DNA of 32,000 nt from Haloferax volcanii DS2 (GTDB taxonomy: Archaea > Halobacteriota > Halobacteria > Halobacteriales > Haloferacaceae): positions 1,710,001 to 1,742,000 of the forward strand of contig NC_013967.1 of assembly GCF_000025685.1 (NCBI RefSeq), in the 5' to 3' direction. Numbering within the stretch: the stretch's first letter is position 1; each line of letters begins with the position of its first letter. Below the pieces are notes generated by a model. That model saw only the letters and a program-made list of their open reading frames with translations, was not told the origin of the DNA and did no database searches. This document shows, piece by piece, positions 24,697 through 32,000 of the stretch. Both the position numbers and the translations under genes were made by a program.

Positions 24697-25392
24697 TCAC
24701 TTTTCACGCGACGCCGCGATGTCGTCGACGTTCGCCCGATGCAACTCCGCGAAGCCGGCGGCTTCCCGTTCCAAGCGTCCGTCCCGGTTGCCGCGGTCGC
24801 GCAGTCGCTCCTTGACGATTCGGAGCGACCGGTGGTCGTTGTCGGCCATCGAGGCCGCGACCTCGCCCGGGTCGTCGACGATTCGAGAGACGAGACCCAT
24901 CCGGAGGGCTTCGTCGGCGTTGACGACGCGGCCCGAAAGCGAGAATTCGAGGGCGTGGCCCTCGCCGACGACGCGCGGGAGCCGAACCGTCCCGCCCCAC
25001 GCGCCGAACAGGCCGAGTCGGACGCCCGGTTCACCGAGGGTCGCACGCGGAGTGGCCACCCGCACGTCGCAGGCGAGCGCGAGTTCGACGCCGCCGCCGC
25101 GGGCCGCCCCGTCGATGCCGGCGACGACGACCGATTCGGCCGATTCGACGGCGTCGGCGACGCGTTGGCCGTGCTTTGCGAACGCCTCGGGGTCGTCGAG
25201 GTCGGTGACGCTGTCGAGGTCCGCGCCGGCGCAGAACGCCGGGCCGCTCCCCCGGAGGAGAACGACCGGTGCGTCGGCACCCGTGACCGCGGCTTCGAGG
25301 GCGTCGAGGTCGGTCGGTCTGAGCGCGTTCCGTCGCGCCGGGCGGTCGATGGTCACGACCCGGAGGTCTCCGTCGTCCGTCGTCCGTATCAT
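24697..25392 (-). CDS. enoyl-CoA hydratase/isomerase (crotonase) family protein
   Basis: GSGPAFCAGADL and GAARGGGVELALACD oxyanion-hole motifs. Track ORF 24697..26013 was trimmed to ATG 25392 (MIRTTDDGDL...), giving 231 aa. Confidence 0.85.
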   Translation of the reverse strand: MIRTTDDGDLRVVTIDRPARRNALRPTDLDALEAAVTGADAPVVLLRGSGPAFCAGADLDSVTDLDDPEAFAKHGQRVADAVESAESVVVAGIDGAARGGGVELALACDVRVATPRATLGEPGVRLGLFGAWGGTVRLPRVVGEGHALEFSLSGRVVNADEALRMGLVSRIVDDPGEVAASMADNDHRSLRIVKERLRDRGNRDGRLEREAAGFAELHRANVDDIAASREK

Positions 25393-25452
25393 ACGCCCGT
25401 TGTGCCGTGGTTTTCCAAAGGTCTTTGCCCTCCCAACCGTAAGTCTCGGCCG

Positions 25453-26130
25453 ATGGACGACGCCGTGCGAGCCCGCGAGGCCGCGCGAGAGGCCCTCTCC
25501 GACATCGAGCCCGAGGCCCTCCGCGCGGCGCTGGACGAACGCCTCGACGCCGCCTCCTTGACGCCGGCAGTGCTCACGTTCGTGAGCGCGCGGGCCGTCG
25601 AACCGAAGGTCGACCTGAACGGGATGGCCTCCCGTGCGGCCGGAGTGCAACTCATCTACGAGGGCCTCCGGCTCACCCGGTCGCTCGCCCACGACGAGCC
25701 GTGGACGCATCTCGAGAGCCCCGAGGAGGACACCGACGCCGACCTCGACATCCTCGCGGCGGACGTGCTCGTCTCGCGCGGCTTCTACCTCCTCGCTCGA
25801 ACCGAGGCCGCCGACCACGCCGTCGAGACGGTTCGCGCCTTCGGCCGCGACCAGACTCGCCGCCGCTCGGCAGACGAAGCGGCACGCCCGAAGCTCGACG
25901 GCGAACTCGAAGTGAACATCTGCACGCTCGCTGTCGTCGCCGGCACCACGGCCGTCGGCTCGGCCCCGCCGACCGCCCTCGTGGAGTACGCCGCCGGGCT
26001 GGCCGACACCCACGACGGCGATTTCCCCCCGGCCGACGAGACCGTCTCCGAGGGGACCGTCGAGCGCATCGCGGCCCTCTACCGAGGCGGCGGTGGCGAC
26101 GACGCGGTCACCTCCGCGGCGGACCGCTAA
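25453..26130 (+). CDS. conserved-looking hypothetical protein (225 aa) with degenerate isoprenyl-diphosphate-synthase-like helices
   Basis: Acidic, GC3-rich ORF starting at ATG 25453 (MDDAVRAREA...), taken from inside track ORF 24442..26130. AAGVQLIYEGLRLTRSLAHDE and DILAADVLVSRGFYLLA resemble polyprenyl synthase helices. Confidence 0.6.
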   Translation: MDDAVRAREAAREALSDIEPEALRAALDERLDAASLTPAVLTFVSARAVEPKVDLNGMASRAAGVQLIYEGLRLTRSLAHDEPWTHLESPEEDTDADLDILAADVLVSRGFYLLARTEAADHAVETVRAFGRDQTRRRSADEAARPKLDGELEVNICTLAVVAGTTAVGSAPPTALVEYAAGLADTHDGDFPPADETVSEGTVERIAALYRGGGGDDAVTSAADR

Positions 26131-26208
26131 TCGACATACGCTACCACGGTGCCGGGTCGGTTCGAATCGAAACCCCTAAAGAGTAACCCGGACAACCAAG
26201 GAATGCCT

Positions 26209-26280
26209 GCCTGGGTAGCTTAGCGGTAAAGCGCGTCCTTGGTAAGGACGAGACCCCGGGTTCAAATCCCGGCCTAGGCT
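26209..26280 (+). tRNA. tRNA-Thr (anticodon GGU)
   Basis: Sequence is GCCTGGGTAGCTTAGCGGTAAAGCGCGTCCTTGGTAAGGACGAGACCCCGGGTTCAAATCCCGGCCTAGGCT. It folds as a 72-nt cloverleaf with anticodon loop TTGGTAA and T loop TTCAAAT. Confidence 0.9.
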
Positions 26281-26368
26281 CTTCTCGAAATCCAACTGTT
26301 GAGAGAGGCGTCTCGTCGCCAAGCAGTTGTTGGATTCCAGTTGAGACTGACACGTCTCACTCGCATGC

Positions 26369-27472
26369 TCATTCCTCCCAGTCCCACCACTCCCCACCAC
26401 TCGCGGAACCCAACACATTCGCCTTCGAATACTGCGCAGCCTCGTCTTCGGTCAACGCCGTCGCCCACGACACCCGCTCGCCCTCCGCACCCGGTCCTCG
26501 GCTGTCGAACTCCGCGTATTCGACCGTCGCCTCGGCATCCGGTCGCGACCAGTTGTGCCACCCGTCGGAGCGGACGTGCGAGTCCATCCACGTGCGAATA
26601 AACGCGGTTCGGGCGTGGTTCCGCCACGGCCGGCCGAGATACACCTCGGAAACGTCGGGGTCGGCGGTCAGTTCGCAGTCGAGAAAGACGAAGCCGAAGG
26701 GCTCGTCCGCCGGCGTCGAGGCCGCCGTCACGTACGAGTCGGCTTTCGAGTGGACGCGGCAGTCCTCGAAGACGGCGGTCGCACCGCCGAAAATGAAGTC
26801 GGTCGTCCCCTCGACGTAGCAGTCCGAGAAGTACTGGCACGCCCCCTCGCCGGCGGCGTAGATGGTATCTTGGTGGCCGAGGAAGCGACAGTTCTCGAAG
26901 ACGGCGCGGTCGGCGTCGACGTGGAGGGCGACGGCCTGTCCGACCGGGCCGGCGCTGTTCTCGACGGTCAGGTCGCGGGCGCGGAAGTCGTTGCCGCGGA
27001 CCTTCAGCGTGTAGGTGAAGAAGGTGCTGTTGCGCCCGCGGTCGATTCGCTCGAAGTGGTCGTCGTGGGTGATGACCGTCCCCTCGGCGCTCTCGCCGAC
27101 GAGGGTGATGTCGGGGTTCCACGCGTGGACTTCGACCTTCTCGTCGTACACGCCGTCTCGGACGAGAATTCGGATTCGCTCCGGCGGGAACGACTTCGCA
27201 CCGTCGATGGCGGCCTGAATCGTCTCGTAGTCGCCGCTGCCGTCCTGCGCGACGACGTAGTCGTACGCGCCGGCGTCGTCGGGGTCGTCGACACTCTCGG
27301 GGTCACCGGAATCGTCGGCGTTCTCGGTGTCGTCGGATTCGCCGGCGTCGTCGGGGTCGTCAGCGCCCCCGAGAGTCCCGACCGTCCCGGCGGCGACGGC
27401 GAGACAGCCGACCGCGACGGCGAGCGACGTGAGTAGTGCGAACATGCGTCGTACCACTCTCGCCGACGCCAT
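26369..27472 (-). CDS. secreted pectin methylesterase (CE8 pectinesterase) with Tat/lipobox-like signal
   Basis: CE8 motifs GQAVAL, GHQDTIY, GTTDFIFGG and YLGRPW. The N-terminus is MASARVVRRMFALLTSLAVAVGC (twin-Arg plus lipobox-like Cys). The track start is GTG 27499; ATG 27472 is preferred and ATG 27445 is also possible. Confidence 0.8.
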   Translation of the reverse strand: MASARVVRRMFALLTSLAVAVGCLAVAAGTVGTLGGADDPDDAGESDDTENADDSGDPESVDDPDDAGAYDYVVAQDGSGDYETIQAAIDGAKSFPPERIRILVRDGVYDEKVEVHAWNPDITLVGESAEGTVITHDDHFERIDRGRNSTFFTYTLKVRGNDFRARDLTVENSAGPVGQAVALHVDADRAVFENCRFLGHQDTIYAAGEGACQYFSDCYVEGTTDFIFGGATAVFEDCRVHSKADSYVTAASTPADEPFGFVFLDCELTADPDVSEVYLGRPWRNHARTAFIRTWMDSHVRSDGWHNWSRPDAEATVEYAEFDSRGPGAEGERVSWATALTEDEAAQYSKANVLGSASGGEWWDWEE

Positions 27473-27686
27473 ACGCTTGGGGGTACCAGTGGAGTCCACG
27501 GCGGGGACGCGAGCGGTTCATCCCCCGTACCGCGCCGACGCGAACGGGTTCGACTCCCCGGTTCGTCGTCGGGAACTGGGGGGCGTCGTCGCTCCGCTGG
27601 TCGGTATCAGGGGCAGCGCTGACGGCGGCGAGGCCGTCGTACGCGTTCGAAAAAGCGGGTGGAACTCGGGCAGAAGTGGGTGCGAT

Positions 27687-28298
27687 TCAGCGGAAGTCGC
27701 GGACGAACCGCTCGGGCATGAGGTCGACGACGTGGTCGGGCATCGCCGCGACGGCGGTCTCGGCAATCGCAACCATCGGCTTGCGGAGCAGGACGTAGAC
27801 GCCGGAGACGGCGACCGCGCCGATGACGAGTGTCTCCGCGAGGCCGTCGAAGGCGAGGACCGGCGGGACGGCAAACGCGAGCGTCAGCGCGAGGTCCTCG
27901 GGCGCGCCGTCGTAGCGAATCAGTCGCTTCGGGGCGAGCCACCGGCCGTTCCAGTGGTCGTAGACGGCGCGCTCGGAGGTGCCGAGCCACGGCTTGAGTT
28001 CGAGGCCGCCGCCGAGCACGTCCGACGCGGAGTGGAGCGCGGCCGCCGCGAGGAACAGCGCGACGGCGAGCGTCGTGGTCGTCGGGTTCAGCGCGGCGAC
28101 CGCGACCGCGGGCACGGCGAGCGCGCTGAAGTACACGGGGAAGTGGAGGGTCTTCCGGTGGCCCGCGTACAGGTCGAAGTCGGGGAACAGGCCGCCGAGT
28201 GCGGCCGCGAGCACCGGGAGCATCCCGGCCTCGGGGACCAGCGCCCACACGGCGGTGCCGAGGACGACACCCGCGAGGGCGTGAGTGGTGGCCATCAT
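27687..28298 (-). CDS. membrane-bound metal-dependent hydrolase (YdjM/DUF457-like)
   Basis: 203-aa polytopic protein. The N-terminal MMATTHALAG and internal His/Asp residues are typical of the family. The assignment is tentative. Confidence 0.6.
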   Translation of the reverse strand: MMATTHALAGVVLGTAVWALVPEAGMLPVLAAALGGLFPDFDLYAGHRKTLHFPVYFSALAVPAVAVAALNPTTTTLAVALFLAAAALHSASDVLGGGLELKPWLGTSERAVYDHWNGRWLAPKRLIRYDGAPEDLALTLAFAVPPVLAFDGLAETLVIGAVAVSGVYVLLRKPMVAIAETAVAAMPDHVVDLMPERFVRDFR

Positions 28299-28396
28299 CG
28301 GTGGGGCGTATGCAATCTGGAGGAAAAACGGTGTCGGTGGTCGTGCTAGCTAGTACCACGGTCGAATTTAGGGCGCTCAGGCCGTAGCACACCGCA

Positions 28397-29014
28397 ATGG
28401 CCTCCCGTCGATTCGAACGGCTCGCGGGGCGGGTGATTCAGGCCGCCATCCTGTGTATCTTGCTCGTCGGCATCTACACGCGGAATCTGAGCGTCGTCGT
28501 CAACGCGGTGCTCGCGCTGGGCGCGACGTTCCTCCCCGCGGTGCTCCGCCGCGACTGGCAGATTCGACTCCACCCGCTTCTCGGTCTCTGGTTGGCGCTG
28601 GCGGTGTTGCTCCACGCCGTCGGCATGCTCGGCCCGTACAACTACATCGACTGGTGGGACCACGTCACCCACACGCTCTCGGCGACCGTGGTCGCGGCCG
28701 TCGGCTACGTCACCGCGCGGGCCGTCGACGAGTACACCGAGGCCGTCCACCTCCCCGACCGCTTCATGTTCGTCTACGTCCTGCTTTTCACGCTCGCGGC
28801 CGGCGTGTTCTGGGAGGTGTTGGAGTTCGGCGCGCGCCTCGCCGCAGAAGCCATCGGCTCTGAGGCCGTCCTCGTCCAGTACGGACTCAGCGACACCATC
28901 GTCGACCTCGTCTTCGACACCGTCGGGGCGGTGCTCGTCGCCCTCTTCGGGACGCCGCCGCTCGCGGACACCATCGATTCGGTCAGGGAACGCCTCGAAC
29001 GGACTCGGTCCTGA
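28397..29014 (+). CDS. polytopic membrane protein of unknown function
   Basis: 205 aa with about 5-6 TM segments. It ends 40 nt upstream of the TrkA-like gene on the same strand. Confidence 0.6.
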   Translation: MASRRFERLAGRVIQAAILCILLVGIYTRNLSVVVNAVLALGATFLPAVLRRDWQIRLHPLLGLWLALAVLLHAVGMLGPYNYIDWWDHVTHTLSATVVAAVGYVTARAVDEYTEAVHLPDRFMFVYVLLFTLAAGVFWEVLEFGARLAAEAIGSEAVLVQYGLSDTIVDLVFDTVGAVLVALFGTPPLADTIDSVRERLERTRS

Positions 29015-29054
29015 CGGGGCCATCTTTTAGCCACCCGGTGTGCATACTACTACC

Positions 29055-29708
29055 ATGAATTTCGTTATCGTTGGGTACGGTCGCGTGGGCTCGCGGACCG
29101 CCCGAGTGCTCCGCGAGGAGGGCCACGACGTGACGGTCGTCGACAACAACGACAAGAAGGTCGACCGCGCCCGCGACGAGGGGTTCGAGGCCGTCCTCGG
29201 CGACGGCGGCACCGAAACCGTGCTGCGGGAGGCCGGCATCGAGGGCGCGGACGCCATCGGCGGGCTGACCGGCGACCCGAACATCAACTTCGCGGCCTGC
29301 ATGCTCGGCAAAGAGTACGACTGCCGGACGGTCATGCGAATCAGCGAGGACTACCGCCAAGAGATTTACGAGCGCTACGCCGACGACGTGGACGAGATTA
29401 TCTACCCCGAACGCCTCGGCGCGGCCGGGGCGAAGACGGCGCTTCTCGGCGGCGACTTCAACGCCATCGGCGACCTGACGGACCAACTTCGGCTGACGAC
29501 GGTCAGCGTCCCCGACGGCGCGCCCGTCGTCGGCGAACACGTCGCCAACATCGACCTCGGTGCGGACGGCCGCGTCTACGCCCACGGCCGGGAGCGCGAG
29601 CCGATGACGATTCCGCTTCCGGGAACCGTCGTCGAGCCCGGCGACCAGCTCGCGCTGTTAACGGAGCGCAACGCGTTGGACCGGGTTCGGTCGAAACTGC
29701 TCGGCTGA
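29055..29708 (+). CDS. TrkA-type NAD-binding K+ transport regulatory protein (TrkA-N plus TrkA-C)
   Basis: MNFVIVGYGRVGSRTA Rossmann motif and a C-terminal TrkA-C-like domain. Start set to ATG 29055, inside the track's GTG start at 29040. Confidence 0.8.
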   Translation: MNFVIVGYGRVGSRTARVLREEGHDVTVVDNNDKKVDRARDEGFEAVLGDGGTETVLREAGIEGADAIGGLTGDPNINFAACMLGKEYDCRTVMRISEDYRQEIYERYADDVDEIIYPERLGAAGAKTALLGGDFNAIGDLTDQLRLTTVSVPDGAPVVGEHVANIDLGADGRVYAHGREREPMTIPLPGTVVEPGDQLALLTERNALDRVRSKLLG

Positions 29709-30017
29709 CGCCGAAACGACGAGTTTCCTGTCGAGACCCGTCGCAACCGAGACGCTTCGCTGCGGTACGGTCTGCCTCGGAAAACAGCGCCGTGGTGGCG
29801 GCGCCGCGCGTCGTACCGGGGGAACCAGAACGACGATGGTGGTGGTGGTTTTCGTGCCGGGCGCGCCGGTGGGAGGATGGGAACGAAGGCCGAATACGCG
29901 CCCCATACTCGGGTACGTATGGGGAAACTTAAATCTGCGTCAGACGGGAGTCACACGCCATCTACCCGCAATATGTGCTGTTATACCACCGACGAGACCG
30001 CGGCGGTCAGCCCGCGT

Positions 30018-30884
30018 TCAGTAGACGAGTTTTCCCTCGACGAACTGGCGGACTCGGTCGTCGTCCGGCGACTCGAACACCGCGTCGGTCGGCCCCGACT
30101 CGATGCACGTCCCGCCGAGGATGACGGCCGTCCGGTCGGACACCCGCCGGGCCTGTTGCATGTCGTGGGTCGCGAGTGCGACGGCGATGCCGCGGTCCCG
30201 CGCCGCCCGCATCGCTGACTCGATGGCGGCGGTGTTCCGCGGGTCGAGATTCGACGTCGGCTCGTCCAGCAGCAACACGTCGGGGTCGGGCGCGAGCGCC
30301 CGCGCGATGGCGACGCGCTGGGCCTCGCCCGCCGACAGCGAGCCGGCGTCGCGGCCGACTTTGTCGAACATTCCGACGGTCCGAAGCGCGTCTCTGACCG
30401 TCTCGGACGGCTCGTCGCGGCCGAACAGTCCCTCGACCGCGTCGCGGACGCGAGCCGACCACGACCGACGGACTCGAAGCCCGTAGGAGACGTTCTCCTC
30501 GACCGTCGTCGAAAAGAGGCTCCGCGTCTGGAACGCCATCCCGACCCGGCGTCTGACCGCCAGCCGGCGGGCCTCGGGGAGGTCCCACACGTCGTCGCCG
30601 CCGACCTCGACCGTCCCCTCGTCGGGACGCTCGAACATGGCGAGCAGTCGGAAGAGCGTCGTCTTCCCCGTGCCCGAGGGGCCGACGACGGCGAGAATCT
30701 CGCCCGGTTCGACGGCGAGCGAGATATCCTCCAGCACCGCGCCGTCGCCGAAGCCGTGGCCGAGGCTGCGGGCCGCGAGTCGGGTCTTGCTCCGCCGCGC
30801 GCCGTTCGCCGCCGGGTCGGGCGCGGCGGTCTCGTCGGGCTTCTCGGAACCCGAATCGCCGGCATCCGGTCGCTCGGTCGTCAT
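30018..30884 (-). CDS. ABC transporter ATP-binding protein (anion/tungstate-type)
   Basis: Walker [10 protein letters not shown], signature LSAGEAQRV and Walker B LLLDEPTS. Its ATG overlaps the permease stop (30881-30884). Confidence 0.85.
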   Translation of the reverse strand: MTTERPDAGDSGSEKPDETAAPDPAANGARRSKTRLAARSLGHGFGDGAVLEDISLAVEPGEILAVVGPSGTGKTTLFRLLAMFERPDEGTVEVGGDDVWDLPEARRLAVRRRVGMAFQTRSLFSTTVEENVSYGLRVRRSWSARVRDAVEGLFGRDEPSETVRDALRTVGMFDKVGRDAGSLSAGEAQRVAIARALAPDPDVLLLDEPTSNLDPRNTAAIESAMRAARDRGIAVALATHDMQQARRVSDRTAVILGGTCIESGPTDAVFESPDDDRVRQFVEGKLVY

Positions 30885-31579
30885 CGTCCCCTCCCGTTCC
30901 GTCCCGGGGTCCGGTCGCGAAAGCGCGCGCCGAGGGCGTTCACGCCGAGGACGAGCGCGAGCAGGATGGCTCCGAGGGCGATGCCCGTCTCGATGTTCCC
31001 CTTCCGCGCCTCGACGGTGATGGCCGTCGTGAGCGTCCGGGTGAACGACGTACTGTCCGAGAAGACGATGTTTCCGCCGACGATGAGGACCGAGCCGACC
31101 TCGCTAATGGCGCGGCCGTAGGCGGCCAGAAGCGCCGTGACGATGCCGTAGCGCGCCTCGCGGACGACCAACAGGGCGATGTCGGTCGAGGTGCCGCCGG
31201 CGGCGAACGCGGCGTCTCTGAGGTCCTGCGGAACCGACTGGACCGCCGACAGCGAGACGCTCACGAGGACGGGGAGCGCGAGGATGGTCTGCGAGAGAAT
31301 CATCGCCTCGGGAGTGAACAGCAGTTCGAACGTCCCGAGCGGCCCGGACCGGGACAGCACCAAGAGGACGACGAGCCCCACGACGACGCTCGGAAAGCCC
31401 ATCCCCGTCGAGATGACGGAGGTGACGACCGACTTCCCGTAGAAGTCGCGGAACCCGACCGCCAGCGAGATTGGTAGGCCGAGCGCGGCGCTCAGCGCGA
31501 CCGCCGCGGTACTCACGTACAGCGAGACGGCCGTGATGCTGACGAGGTAGGTGAGGTTCAGGTCGCCGAGGGCGAACAC
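30881..31579 (-). CDS. ABC transporter permease (anion/tungstate-type)
   Basis: 232 aa with about 5-6 TM segments, a GTG start, and a position between the binding-protein and ATPase genes. Confidence 0.8.
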   Translation of the reverse strand: MFALGDLNLTYLVSITAVSLYVSTAAVALSAALGLPISLAVGFRDFYGKSVVTSVISTGMGFPSVVVGLVVLLVLSRSGPLGTFELLFTPEAMILSQTILALPVLVSVSLSAVQSVPQDLRDAAFAAGGTSTDIALLVVREARYGIVTALLAAYGRAISEVGSVLIVGGNIVFSDSTSFTRTLTTAITVEARKGNIETGIALGAILLALVLGVNALGARFRDRTPGRNGRGR

Positions 31580-31603
31580 GGGCGGTGGTGGGGTCCGGTC
31601 GGA

Positions 31604-32000
31604 CTAAAAGTCCTCGGGGACGTGCTGTGCCACCCACGACTCGAACTGCGCGTCGGAGACCGACGCCGACGACGAGGCGTTCTCCCCGCCGTCGTAGTTC
31701 ACGGGGACGTACTGGCCGAACTGCGGGTTCTCCGAGAGCGCGTTGGGGAAGAACAACTGCGACCCGTTGGCCGTGTAGTTGCTGATTATCTCCTGTCCCT
31801 CGGGGCTCGTGAGGAAGCCGGCGTAGGCCATCGCCAGCGAGTAGTTCACGTCGGGGTACTTCGCGGGGTTCACCGGGATGACGCCGTAGGGGTTCTTCAG
31901 GATGGTCGGGCCGCCCTTGAGCGGGCCCTGCACCTGAATTTCGAGGTCGATGTTGTCCTGCGTCGCGAGGAACGTCCCGCGGTCGGAGAGCGTGTACGCG
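31604..32000 (-). CDS. ABC transporter periplasmic substrate-binding protein (TupA-like), 3' part; continues beyond the window
   Basis: The frame stays open upstream of the track's GTG at 31933 to the window edge (...AYTLSDRGTFLATQDNIDLEIQVQGPLKGG...). The YTLSDRGT segment resembles tungstate/anion binding proteins. Confidence 0.7.
   Translation of the reverse strand, partial: AYTLSDRGTFLATQDNIDLEIQVQGPLKGGPTILKNPYGVIPVNPAKYPDVNYSLAMAYAGFLTSPEGQEIISNYTANGSQLFFPNALSENPQFGQYVPVNYDGGENASSSASVSDAQFESWVAQHVPEDF

Noticed and set aside
25393-26013. Upstream extension of the crotonase ORF (track 24697..26013), and the N-terminal 337 codons of track ORF 24442..26130
   Set aside because: Each extension is antisense to the other, real gene and has artefact composition. 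The internal ATGs at 25392 and 25453 give compact, divergently oriented genes with family motifs.
29709-30017. Hidden gene or RNA in the 310-bp convergent spacer between the TrkA-like and ABC ATPase genes
   Set aside because: The track ORFs here (29836..30024, 29658..29906) are basic artefacts. The only feature found is a perfect 8-bp hairpin, ccccatac-tcgggtac-gtatgggg (29901-29924), probably termination-related. That is insufficient evidence for an RNA gene.

Overview
High-GC window with acidic predicted proteins and TATA-like boxes about 27 nt upstream of many start codons, which points to a haloarchaeal chromosome. The chlorite-dismutase/ABM fusion with a His-rich linker (PitA) suggests Haloferax or a close relative. 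The content is mostly densely packed housekeeping genes. These include truA, hisS, rps19e, thiL, a MobB-like/moaE fusion, pyrH, class I lysS, nadE, pitA, two M50 site-2 proteases, an aldo/keto reductase, a crotonase and a TrkA-type protein. A tungstate/anion-type ABC transporter runs off the right edge, and there are several small membrane proteins, tRNA-Gly(CCC) and tRNA-Thr(GGU). I found no transposase, integrase, CRISPR array or recognisable defence or secondary-metabolite cluster, so I cannot support a claim of a new multi-gene system. All the unusual signals are non-coding. (1) tRNA-Gly carries partial copies of both its ends in its flanks: four 54/55-bp tandem units seeded by its 5' end and bracketed by 23-bp direct repeats, and a nested foldback carrying 17 nt of its 3' part. 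(2) The last 12 codons plus stop of pitA recur in frame 108 bp downstream, differing only at synonymous positions. (3) A GTT(C)GCGGGTCGGG motif repeated at 17-bp spacing lies upstream of both site-2 protease genes. One copy pair sits in a 450-bp G-skewed non-coding spacer next to an AT-rich island with a perfect 16-bp palindrome. Two plausible CDSs below the track's 60-aa cutoff are also reported. The many long antisense ORFs in the track are GC artefacts. Hand-called coordinates were cross-checked against track translations on the same lines.
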